Shown here piece after piece: positions 8,649-17,379 of a stretch of 64,000 nt of DNA. Numbering within the stretch: position 1 is the stretch's first letter; each line of letters begins with the position of its first letter. The notes beneath the pieces are model-generated. The model was not told where the DNA came from, did not search any database, and was given only the letters and a program-made list of their open reading frames with translations. Origin of the DNA: Solirubrobacteraceae bacterium (GTDB lineage: Bacteria; Actinomycetota; Thermoleophilia; Solirubrobacterales; Solirubrobacteraceae). The translations under genes were made by a program, and so were the position numbers. The stretch lies in contig DATCBT010000008.1 of NCBI GenBank assembly GCA_036511695.1, forward strand, positions 33,137 to 97,136. Reading direction: 5' to 3'.

Positions 8649-11165
8649 ATGAGATTCTCGAACGTCATACACCTATACCGCGTGCGCCTGCGTGCTCGCG
8701 CCCTACAGGAGATCTTCGCGATCGTGGGCATCGCGGCCGGCGTCGGGCTACTGTTCGCCTCGCAGATCGCCAGCTCCAGCCTGTCGAGCTCGGTGGGCAA
8801 GCTCAATAGTGGCATCGTCGGCAAGGCCAGCCTGCAGATCACCGCGCGTGATCCCCACGGCTTCGACGCGCGGGTGCTCACGCAGGTGCGCCACCTCCAG
8901 GGGGTGCGCCTCGCGGCCGGGCTGATCGAAGCTAGCGCGAACGCCGTCGGGCCCAAGGGCAGCGAGTCGGTACAGCTCGTGGGCGCCGATTCGAGCCTCA
9001 CCGAACTCGGAGGCGCGCTGGTCAAGCGCGCCTCCCTGACACCCTTCGCCGGCCTCGGCGCCGTGGTGCTGCCGGCGCCGGTCGCGAAAACCATCGGCGT
9101 GACCGCCTTCGGCAAGAACGTCACCTTCCAGGTCGCCGGCGCGAACTCCGAAGCCGCGCTCTACGCACAGCTCCACGAAAAGCAGATCGGGGCGCTGATC
9201 AACAGCCCGATCGCGCTCGCGCCACTTGAATACTCACAGGAACTCGCCAGCCTGAAGGGTCGCCTGAACCGCATCCTCGTGGAGCCCGCGCCCGGCCAGG
9301 AAGCCCAGGTGCTTACAGGTCTCAAGCGGCTCGCCGGCGATCAGCTGGATGTCGAGTCCTCAAACCACGACGAAAAGCTGTTCGCCAAAGCGGCCGCGGC
9401 GTCCAACCAGTCGACCGCTCTGTTCGCCGTCATCAGCGCCCTCGTCGGGTTCCTGTTCGCGTTCAACGCGATGCTGCTCACGGTACCTCAGCGTCGCCGG
9501 CTGATCGTCGATCTGCGCCGCGACGGATACACGCCCGGGGCCGTGATCTCGGTGCTGCTGCTGGACGCGATCGTGCTCGGGGTGATCGCCACGGCGCTCG
9601 GACTCCTGCTCGGCGATGAGCTCTCGATCCATCTTTTCCACTCCAACCCCGGCTACTTATCATCGGCCTTTGCACTCGGCTCGGAGCGTGTCGTGAGCGG
9701 GCAGAGCATCGCGATCGCCGCGGGCGGGGGGATGGTCGCCGCCTGCGTCGCGGTGCTCAGCCCCCTGCGCGACATCCTCTCGCGCGATCCGCTGGCCGCG
9801 ACGACCCTCAAGGAGAGCGCTGGCGGCTCGCAGAGCAGATGGTTGCTCTTCGGCGGCCTCGCCGCCCTCGCGCTGACCCTCGGCATCCTGCTGCTCGCCC
9901 CCGAAGCGGCGATCGTCGGGATGGTCAGCCTGATCGCCGCGCTGCTGCTGTTGCTGGCGCTGCCGCTGAATGCGACCCTGATGCTCGTCAAGCGCACCGC
10001 TCCTGCGGTGACGAGCGTCGTCCCACACATTGCCGTCATGGAGCTGCGCTCCGGGCAATCGCGGGCCGTCGCGATCGCGGCCACCGGCGCGATCGCCGTG
10101 TTCGGCGCGGTCTCCATCCAAGGGGCCCACGGCGACCTCCTGAAGGGCCTGGAGAACGCCGCCCGGGACACCAACGCCTCCACCGACGTGTGGGTCTCGG
10201 CGGCGGGGAGCTCCAACCTGCTGATGACCACGCCCTTTCGCCCCACGGCCCAGGGCAAGCTGGAAAAGCTCCCCGGCGTACAGTCGGTCGGCCTCTACCG
10301 CGGGGGGTTGCTCGACGAAGGGGACCGCCGTATCTGGGTGATCGCGCCTCCCAGCGGCTCCTCGCCGCTGATACCGCCCACGCAGCTGATCGAAGGCAAC
10401 CTCGCCCAGGCCGACGCGCGGCTGCGCCAGGGCGGCTGGGCCGTGGTGTCCCAGGCGATTGTCGAAGAACGCAACCTGCACATCGGCCGACCCTTCACGC
10501 TGCACGCCCCGCATCCCACGACGATGCGCCTTGCGGCGGTCAGCACGAATATCGGCTGGGCGCCGGGAGCGATCATCATCAGCGCCGACGACTACGCGCG
10601 GGCCTCGGAAAGCAACGATGTGAGCGCCTTCAGCGTGCGCGCAAAGCCCGGCAGCACTCCCCGCCAGATCCGTGCTGAGATCCAGACCGCGCTGGGGCCA
10701 AACACGGGGCTCGCGGCGCAAACCTCCGAACAGCACGAAGGCAAGCTGGTCGCGATCACCCGCCAGGGTCTCACCCGTCTATCGCAGATCGCCACGCTCA
10801 TTCTGATCGCCGCGATCCTCGCGATGGCCGCCGCGATGGGCGCGTTGATCTGGCAGCGCCGCCCGCGGCTGGCCAAGCTCAAGCTCGAGGGCTTCGCGCG
10901 CACCGAACTGTGGCAGACGATCGTGCTGGAGAGCTTCCTGCTGGTGGGCGTCGGGTGCACCACCGGTGCGCTCTTCGGGCTGCTCGGACAGCAGCTCCTG
11001 GACCATGCCCTGAGCACCGTAATCAACTATCCCGTGGTGAGCTCGCTTGGCATCTTCGACGCGATCATCAGCCTCGCGCTCGTCACCGCCGCAGCCGTCG
11101 TGATGGTCGCGGCGCCCGGCTATTTCGCCGCCAAGGTGCCCGCGGCGCTCGCCCTACAAGACTGA
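8649..11165 (+). CDS. ABC transporter permease, duplicated MacB/FtsX-type
   Basis: Two extracellular-loop plus FtsX TM repeats; follows the ATPase. Confidence 0.9.
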   Translation: MRFSNVIHLYRVRLRARALQEIFAIVGIAAGVGLLFASQIASSSLSSSVGKLNSGIVGKASLQITARDPHGFDARVLTQVRHLQGVRLAAGLIEASANAVGPKGSESVQLVGADSSLTELGGALVKRASLTPFAGLGAVVLPAPVAKTIGVTAFGKNVTFQVAGANSEAALYAQLHEKQIGALINSPIALAPLEYSQELASLKGRLNRILVEPAPGQEAQVLTGLKRLAGDQLDVESSNHDEKLFAKAAAASNQSTALFAVISALVGFLFAFNAMLLTVPQRRRLIVDLRRDGYTPGAVISVLLLDAIVLGVIATALGLLLGDELSIHLFHSNPGYLSSAFALGSERVVSGQSIAIAAGGGMVAACVAVLSPLRDILSRDPLAATTLKESAGGSQSRWLLFGGLAALALTLGILLLAPEAAIVGMVSLIAALLLLLALPLNATLMLVKRTAPAVTSVVPHIAVMELRSGQSRAVAIAATGAIAVFGAVSIQGAHGDLLKGLENAARDTNASTDVWVSAAGSSNLLMTTPFRPTAQGKLEKLPGVQSVGLYRGGLLDEGDRRIWVIAPPSGSSPLIPPTQLIEGNLAQADARLRQGGWAVVSQAIVEERNLHIGRPFTLHAPHPTTMRLAAVSTNIGWAPGAIIISADDYARASESNDVSAFSVRAKPGSTPRQIRAEIQTALGPNTGLAAQTSEQHEGKLVAITRQGLTRLSQIATLILIAAILAMAAAMGALIWQRRPRLAKLKLEGFARTELWQTIVLESFLLVGVGCTTGALFGLLGQQLLDHALSTVINYPVVSSLGIFDAIISLALVTAAAVVMVAAPGYFAAKVPAALALQD

Positions 11166-11183
11166 TCTACTCGCTGCGCTGGG

Positions 11184-11290
11184 ATACGTCAGCCGCGAGC
11201 GATACCGGCCGATTTGGAATACCGACCGGCTTCGGGATACCGGCCGGCTCCAAGCCAGTGGCCGGCTTCGAGCCAATGGCGGGCTTCGGG
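11184..11290. repeat. Degenerate ~18-bp tandem repeat between convergent genes
   Basis: ataccggccgatttgga, ataccgaccggcttcggg, ataccggccggctccaag, ccagtggccggcttcgag, ccaatggcgggcttcggg. Confidence 0.65.
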
Positions 11291-11932
11291 TCAGTCCTCG
11301 CGCGGTGGCGGCTGGAATACGACCCGCTTCAGCTCGGCGATCGCGCTGCCGCCAAGCCGTAGGGCGGTCTGAAAACCCTCGAGCCCAAGATCCCCGGCGT
11401 CGAGCGCGCGGCGCAGCTCATTGAGCGTGACGCGCTCCTCCTCGGGGACCTGCTCACGCGGGGTCTCGAGCAGGATGAAGTGTCGCGGACGTCGTAAGCC
11501 GTGGGCGAGTCGCACGTAACGCTCACGTTCCCCGGCGTCGAGACCCTCTAGTACGACAACGATCGTGTGGCTCTCGTCCAAGCGCTTGCGAACGGCACCG
11601 TCAAGCAGCGCGCGGGCTCGCTCCTCGAGCTCCTCGGCGGCGACACGCCCGGTGAGCAGGACGCGAACTTTCGCGAGTGAGAGCACCACGCCGCGCTCCT
11701 CGACAACGCGTTCGGCAAAGCGCGCGGACTGCGACGGATCGGCGGCTGCGATCAGCAGCAGGCTGCCGGGGGAGTAGCGCAGTCGATCCGCTGGAGCGAG
11801 GACACGACAGCGCGCCGAGACGTCAACCGGGCGGGGCGGGGCGTCACCCTCGCGGCGGGGGCGTTCGGTTGTCCATCCTCCGCGCTCCTCGGAACCAATC
11901 TTGACGCTGCGCACGGAGGGGGGAGTCGGCAT
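11291..11932 (-). CDS. Hypothetical protein, degenerate AAA_33/polynucleotide-kinase-like P-loop fold
   Basis: PGSLLLIA...RFAER...VLS...VR and RKRL...TIVVV...ERERYVRLA pattern follows AAA_33, but GxxGxGK(S/T) is missing. Confidence 0.55.
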   Translation of the reverse strand: MPTPPSVRSVKIGSEERGGWTTERPRREGDAPPRPVDVSARCRVLAPADRLRYSPGSLLLIAAADPSQSARFAERVVEERGVVLSLAKVRVLLTGRVAAEELEERARALLDGAVRKRLDESHTIVVVLEGLDAGERERYVRLAHGLRRPRHFILLETPREQVPEEERVTLNELRRALDAGDLGLEGFQTALRLGGSAIAELKRVVFQPPPRED

Positions 11933-12009
11933 ATGTCCATCATCCCCTACAGCGCAAGCTGGCGCGTTGCGAGCTATCGTCGCTCCATGCCCGCAGCGGA
12001 GGGAGCCCG

Positions 12010-13155
12010 ATGGACCTGACGTTCAACGAGCGGGAGACCGCCTTTCGGGAGGAGCTTCACGGCTGGCTTGCCGAGAACCCGCCCGCGCCCGAGCCGAGCG
12101 ATGGCGGCGAGGACGCGCACTACGCATGGCGACGCGACTGGCAGAGGCGCCTGTATGACGCCGGTTGGGCGGCGCCATCGTGGCCGACGGAGTACGGCGG
12201 CCGCGGCGCGTCGCTGACCGAGTCCGCGATCTACTTCGAAGAGCTCGGCCGGGCTCGGGTCCCGCTGGCGGCCAACGTCCTCGGCCTCCTGCTGGGCGGA
12301 CCGACGCTGATGGTGTGGGGCACGCAGGAGCAGAAGGAGCGCTACCTGGCGCCGATTCTCTCGGCCGAGGAGATCTGGTGTCAGGGGTTCTCCGAGCCCG
12401 ATGCCGGCTCAGACCTCGCCGCCCTGAAGACGCGCGCGGTCAAAGACGGCGAGGAGTGGGTCGTGACCGGGCAGAAGGTGTGGACGAGCGGAGCGCAGTA
12501 CTCGAAGTGGTGCATGCTGGTGGCGCGCACCGACTCGGAGGTGGCCAAGCACAAAGGCCTGACCTACTTCCTGATGGACATGGAGCAGGAGGCGGTGCAG
12601 GTGCGCCCGCTGCGCCAGATCACCGGTGAGGCTGAGTTCAACGAGCTGTTCATCGAGCAGGCGCGGATCCCCGACGCCAACGTGGTGGGCGGCGTCGGCA
12701 ATGGCTGGAAGGTGGCGCTGACAACGCTCATGAACGAGCGCGCCGGTCTCGGCTTCGCCCTGCAGATCCGCCTGCGCCAGCTGCTCGATGACCTGCTCGT
12801 CAAGGCGGCCGAGCGCGGCACATACGAGGAAAACGCGGATTCGCTTGCCGAGCTGCACGTACGCTGCGAGTCGATCCGCCTGCTCGCGTGGAAGGGCCTG
12901 ACCGACGTCGAGCGCTACGGCCAGCCGGGTCCCGAGGGCTCGCTCGTGAAGTGGCTGTGGTCGGACACCAACCAGCGCCTGACGCAGCTCGCCGTCGACA
13001 TCGTCGGTCCCGACGCCCTGACGAGCGGCGAGAGCTGGAGCTATGAGCTGCTGCGCGCGCGTGGCAACACGATCGAGGGAGGCACGACGGAGGTGCTGAA
13101 GAACATCGTCGCCGAGCGCGTGCTCGGCCTCCCCCGCCTGAAGGTGGCCGCATGA
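12010..13155 (+). CDS. Acyl-CoA dehydrogenase
   Basis: WCQGFSEPDAGSDLA, GQKVWTS, TIEGGTTEV. Confidence 0.95.
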   Translation: MDLTFNERETAFREELHGWLAENPPAPEPSDGGEDAHYAWRRDWQRRLYDAGWAAPSWPTEYGGRGASLTESAIYFEELGRARVPLAANVLGLLLGGPTLMVWGTQEQKERYLAPILSAEEIWCQGFSEPDAGSDLAALKTRAVKDGEEWVVTGQKVWTSGAQYSKWCMLVARTDSEVAKHKGLTYFLMDMEQEAVQVRPLRQITGEAEFNELFIEQARIPDANVVGGVGNGWKVALTTLMNERAGLGFALQIRLRQLLDDLLVKAAERGTYEENADSLAELHVRCESIRLLAWKGLTDVERYGQPGPEGSLVKWLWSDTNQRLTQLAVDIVGPDALTSGESWSYELLRARGNTIEGGTTEVLKNIVAERVLGLPRLKVAA

Positions 13156-13388
13156 ACACGCACGCCGAACCGGGAGACACTCGCTCCGCTCGCATCCCCG
13201 AACCGGCCAGCGCCGGATCGGCGTCCTCACCGATCGTCCGAGATCGGCCAGCACGCGTGCGTAGCACGCCACGCGGGGTGGGTGGGCCTTTCCATACTTG
13301 CCCGGCTTGCCCTGCGTGTCCATGCAGGCGTATGTTTTTTATGAGCTCCGCCCTCGCGGGCTCCGCGGGGAGGCGTGCGTAGCTCATG
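13151..13388. mobile_element. MIRU/MITE-like intra-operon insertion bounded by imperfect inverted repeats
   Basis: Left end CATGAACACGCACGCC (13151-13166); right end GGCGTGCGTAGCTCATG (13372-13388); internal hairpins; 76-aa read-through ORF. Confidence 0.55.
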
Positions 13389-14411
13389 GACTTCGGCCTG
13401 ACAGACGACCAGCGCGACATCCAGCGCACGGCGCGTGAGCTCTTGAGCGAACGCGCGACGCCCGCGCGGGTGCGCGAGCACGCCGAGGCACGCACGGTCG
13501 ACATGGAGCTGTGGCGCGAGCTGTCAGGGCTCGGCTGGCCGGGGATCGCCGTATCTGAGGAATATGGCGGCCAGGGGCTCGGCCAGATCGAGCTGTCGAT
13601 CCTCTGCGAGGAGCTCGGCCGCTCGCTCGCGCCCGTGCCGTTCCTGCCGAGCGCATTGGCGGCGACGGTGATCGAGCAGGCCGGCGTGCAGGAGCAGTGT
13701 GAGCGCTGGCTTCCCGGCCTCGCCTCCGGCGAGACGATCGGCGCTCTCGGAGCCGTCTCCGCCGGCGTTGCTGAGCTCGTGATCGGCGGGGCGCATGCGC
13801 AGGTGCTCGTGCTCGTGCAAGAAGACGGCACGGGCCTCGTGATCGCCGCCGAGGACGCCGCGCTCGCGCCGCTTGAGGCGATCGACCCGACGCGCTCGGC
13901 CGCGCGCGTGAGCGTGCCCGACGGCGCCGGCGACTCGCTCGGCGATGTCTGCGTCGGTCTCGGACGTTCACTGATCTCAGTCAGCTCCGAGCTCGTCGGG
14001 GTGTGCGAGCGCGCACTGGAGATGACCGTCGCCTACGTCAAGGACCGCAAGCAGTTCGGCGTCCCGGTCGGCGCCTACCAGGCCGTCTCGCACCGCTGCG
14101 CGCAGATGCTCTTGGACACCGAGAAGGCGCGCGCGACGGCGGCGTTCGCCGCGTGGACGGCCGACGCCGATCCGGAGCGCCTCGCCGAGGCCGCCGCGAT
14201 GGCCAAGATCGCCGCATCCGACGCCGGTCGCGAAGTGACGGCCGGCGCGATCCAGATGCACGGCGGGATCGGCTTTACCTGGGAGGCCGACGTGCACTGG
14301 CTCTACAAGCGCGCCCAGCTCGACGCCGCGCTGCTCGGCAGCGCAAAGCGCCACCGCGCGCAGCTCGCGGCGATCCTCGCCGGCAAAGTCGCGGCTTCGG
14401 CGCTCGGATAA
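13386..14411 (+). CDS. Acyl-CoA dehydrogenase (short partner subunit)
   Basis: YVKDRKQFGVPVGAYQAVSH, IQMHGGIGFTWE. Confidence 0.95.
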   Translation: MDFGLTDDQRDIQRTARELLSERATPARVREHAEARTVDMELWRELSGLGWPGIAVSEEYGGQGLGQIELSILCEELGRSLAPVPFLPSALAATVIEQAGVQEQCERWLPGLASGETIGALGAVSAGVAELVIGGAHAQVLVLVQEDGTGLVIAAEDAALAPLEAIDPTRSAARVSVPDGAGDSLGDVCVGLGRSLISVSSELVGVCERALEMTVAYVKDRKQFGVPVGAYQAVSHRCAQMLLDTEKARATAAFAAWTADADPERLAEAAAMAKIAASDAGREVTAGAIQMHGGIGFTWEADVHWLYKRAQLDAALLGSAKRHRAQLAAILAGKVAASALG

Positions 14412-14524
14412 GCGACCTAGATAGTGCGCTCGGCGATCCCGCATCGCATCGCGGCTACACCGAGCGGCTGATCACCAGCAACCGACATGCCCTGATTGGC
14501 CCGCCGGACCCCTCGCTAGATTCG

Positions 14525-15631
14525 ATGTCAGTGTCCGTCGAGCACACCCAGTTCAGCGTCGCGCATCTTGACGCCGACGCCTTCTACGTCTCGATCGAGC
14601 TGTGCCGCCATCCGGAGTTGCGCGGTCAGCCCGTAATCGTCGCGGGTAGCGGCCCGCGCGCAGTGGTCACCACCGCCAGCTACGAGGCGCGGCGCTACGG
14701 GATCGGCTCGGCGATGCCGGCGGCCAGAGCCAGGCGATTGTGCCCGCAGGCGGTCGTGCTGCCGCCGGACTTTCCCACCTACAGGGAGGTCTCACGGCAG
14801 GTGATGGAGCTCGTGCGTGCACACGTCGAGCGCGTCGAGGTGGTCGGACTGGACGAGGCCTATCTGGACCTGAGCGGGCTGTATTCACCGCGGGCGGCGA
14901 TGCGGCGGCTGATCACTGAGATAAGCGCTGCTACACAGCTTGTCTGCTCGGTAGGCATCGGGCCGAACAAGCTCGTCGCGAAGGTCGCCTCCGATGCGGA
15001 GAAGCCGGCTGGCTTCGTCGTGCTCACGCGTGAGCAGGCCTGCTCACGTTTCGCGCAGGCTCCCCCCGGCCTGATCCCGGGAATCGGGCCTAAGACGGCG
15101 GCACGCCTAGCTGGGCTGGGGTTGACCACGCTCGCCGCCGTCGGTGCCGCGCCCGAGCACGTGCTCGTCGAGCGCTTCGGCCCGAATCTCGGGGTCGAAC
15201 TGGGACGCCGCGCGCGCTTCGAACACGATGGCGTCGTTGGTGCTGCGCGCAAGGTCGTCTCGGAGTCGCGCGAGCGGACCTTCGACGAGGACGTCCGCGA
15301 CCCGGCGGCGCTGCGCGAAGCGCTGGAACGGATGTCCGGGGAGCTGTGCGGGAGCCTCGCCGCCAACGGGCGCCGCGGCCGCACGATCGGGATCAAGATC
15401 CGCCTCGATGACTTCACGACGGTCACCCGGGCGCATACCGTGGCCGAGCCCACCTGCGACGGTGAGCTCGTGAAGGCCGTGGCGCTGCGGCTGCTTCAGG
15501 AGTACGCGCCCGCGCGGGCAGTGCGGCTGCTGGGCGTGCGTGTGGCCGGGCTGGCGTCCGGGTCGGCGACCGCTCCAGCTCCGACGGGTGGATCGCCGGA
15601 GCCCGCGGACCAGCTGGCGCTGCCCGTATAA
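14525..15631 (+). CDS. dinB: DNA polymerase IV (Y family)
   Basis: HLDADAFY, TASYEAR.YGI.SAMP, GLDEAYLDL, SVGIGPNKLVAKVASD..KP.G. Confidence 0.95.
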   Translation: MSVSVEHTQFSVAHLDADAFYVSIELCRHPELRGQPVIVAGSGPRAVVTTASYEARRYGIGSAMPAARARRLCPQAVVLPPDFPTYREVSRQVMELVRAHVERVEVVGLDEAYLDLSGLYSPRAAMRRLITEISAATQLVCSVGIGPNKLVAKVASDAEKPAGFVVLTREQACSRFAQAPPGLIPGIGPKTAARLAGLGLTTLAAVGAAPEHVLVERFGPNLGVELGRRARFEHDGVVGAARKVVSESRERTFDEDVRDPAALREALERMSGELCGSLAANGRRGRTIGIKIRLDDFTTVTRAHTVAEPTCDGELVKAVALRLLQEYAPARAVRLLGVRVAGLASGSATAPAPTGGSPEPADQLALPV

Positions 15632-15636
15632 CCGAG

Positions 15637-16497
15637 ATGGCCGCCAGTTCCGCGACCGAAGAGTTGATCATCCGCACGGACGATGGGGTCGAGCTCTCCG
15701 GTGAGCGGCGTGGGAGCGGTCCGGCGATCGTGCTCCTACATGGGCTGACGGCGACACGGCGTTATGTGGTGATGGGTTCACGGACGCTTGAGCGCGGGGG
15801 ATACCGGACGATTGCCTACGACGCGCGTGGGCACGGACACTCGACCGCGGCAGCAGATCCGAATGCTTATGGCTATGAGCGCCTCGCACGCGACCTTGAG
15901 GAGGTGCTCGACACGCTCGGTCTGGAGCGGGCCGTCCTGGCCGGCGCCTCGATGGGCGCGCACACCGCCGTGCGCTTTGCCATCCGCCATCCCGAGCGTG
16001 TGGCGGGGCTCGGGCTGATCACGCCGGCCTTCGATCCCGGCCTGCGCGTCACTCCCACAGCCCTCGCCGGTTGGGATGCGCTGGCGCGGGGGCTACGGGA
16101 GGGTGGAGTGGAGGGGTTCGTGGACGCCTACGACTTCTCCGCGGTGCCTGTCGAGTGGCGGGGTACCGTCGAGAAGGTGGTACGCCAGCGGCTCGCCGCG
16201 CACGAGCACCCGGGGGCGGTGGCCGATGCGCTTGAAGTAGTGCCGCGCTCGCGACCGTTCGAGCAGATGGCCGAGCTTGCGGGCATCGAGGCGCCGACGG
16301 TCGTGGTGGCCAGCCGCGACGAGGCCGACCCGGATCATCCGCTCGCGTTGGGTGAACGCTATGCGCAAACGATCCCGTACGCAGAGTTCGTGGTCGAGGA
16401 GTCAAGCCCGCCCGCCTCGCCGGCGCGATCCCCGATCGCCTGGCAGGGAGGCCAGCTCTCGAAGGTGCTCGCCGAGCTGGCGACCAACGCCGCCTAG
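15637..16497 (+). CDS. Alpha/beta fold hydrolase
   Basis: LLHG, YDARGHGHS, GASMG. Confidence 0.9.
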   Translation: MAASSATEELIIRTDDGVELSGERRGSGPAIVLLHGLTATRRYVVMGSRTLERGGYRTIAYDARGHGHSTAAADPNAYGYERLARDLEEVLDTLGLERAVLAGASMGAHTAVRFAIRHPERVAGLGLITPAFDPGLRVTPTALAGWDALARGLREGGVEGFVDAYDFSAVPVEWRGTVEKVVRQRLAAHEHPGAVADALEVVPRSRPFEQMAELAGIEAPTVVVASRDEADPDHPLALGERYAQTIPYAEFVVEESSPPASPARSPIAWQGGQLSKVLAELATNAA

Positions 16498-16590
16498 ACA
16501 GTCACGTCGCGCCGATCCTCTCGCTCGCCTGTAGCCGGCCAACGACGGTCCACGCGATCACAACGGTCATACGTGATAACGTACGTTCGT

Positions 16591-17343
16591 ATGCCAGCAC
16601 GTGATTGGGATGGAGCCAGCTATGACCGCATCTCCGCGCCACAGGAGGCGCTGGGCCGAGCGGTGCTCGCGCGGATGCGGTTGCGCGGAGATGAGACGGT
16701 CCTGGATGCCGGTTGCGGGTCCGGGCGCGTCACCGAAGCGCTGCTCGAGCGCCTGCCGCGCGGGCGGGTGATCGCCGTGGACGCCTCTCCATCGATGGTG
16801 GAGCAGGCTCACCAACGCCTCGGCGACAGGGTGGAGATCCACCAGATGAACCTCCTCGAGCTCGAGCTGTCCGAGCCGGTGGACGCCATCCTCTCGACGG
16901 CCACCTTCCACTGGGTGCTGGACCACGACGCGCTATTTCGTTGCCTGCACAGAGCGCTGCGTCCCGGCGGTCAGCTCGTGGCCCAATGTGGGGGAGAGGG
17001 CAACATCGATGTCCTGCGCGGCGTCGCCAAAGGCGTACTGGAGCGCGAGCCATACGCACAACATTTCCGCGACTGGCAGACGCCCTGGTATTACGCCGCC
17101 CCCGAGCCCACCCGCGAACGCCTGTCCTCAGCCGGCTTCATCGCCGCGGAGTGCTGGCTGGCACCGGCGCCGCAATATCCCGAGCAGCCGCGTGAGTTCC
17201 TCGCCAAGGTGATCCTCGGCCCTCACGTCCAGCAGCTACCCGAGGACCTGCGGGACCCGTTTCTCGACGCCGTGTTGGACGGGGTGGGGGAATCCGCGAT
17301 GATGGTCGACTATGTGCGCCTGAACATTGACGCAACGGCGTAA
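16591..17343 (+). CDS. Class I SAM methyltransferase (trans-aconitate methyltransferase-like)
   Basis: WD..SY, VLDAGCGSG, STATFHWV, DYVRLNI. Confidence 0.9.
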   Translation: MPARDWDGASYDRISAPQEALGRAVLARMRLRGDETVLDAGCGSGRVTEALLERLPRGRVIAVDASPSMVEQAHQRLGDRVEIHQMNLLELELSEPVDAILSTATFHWVLDHDALFRCLHRALRPGGQLVAQCGGEGNIDVLRGVAKGVLEREPYAQHFRDWQTPWYYAAPEPTRERLSSAGFIAAECWLAPAPQYPEQPREFLAKVILGPHVQQLPEDLRDPFLDAVLDGVGESAMMVDYVRLNIDATA

Positions 17344-17379
17344 GGCCCGCGAGGTTCATCGTGCTCGCGTAAATCGACC

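Noticed and set aside
14003..14524. N-terminal extension of DinB
   Set aside because: Overlaps the ACAD gene in another frame; DinB homology begins near 14560.
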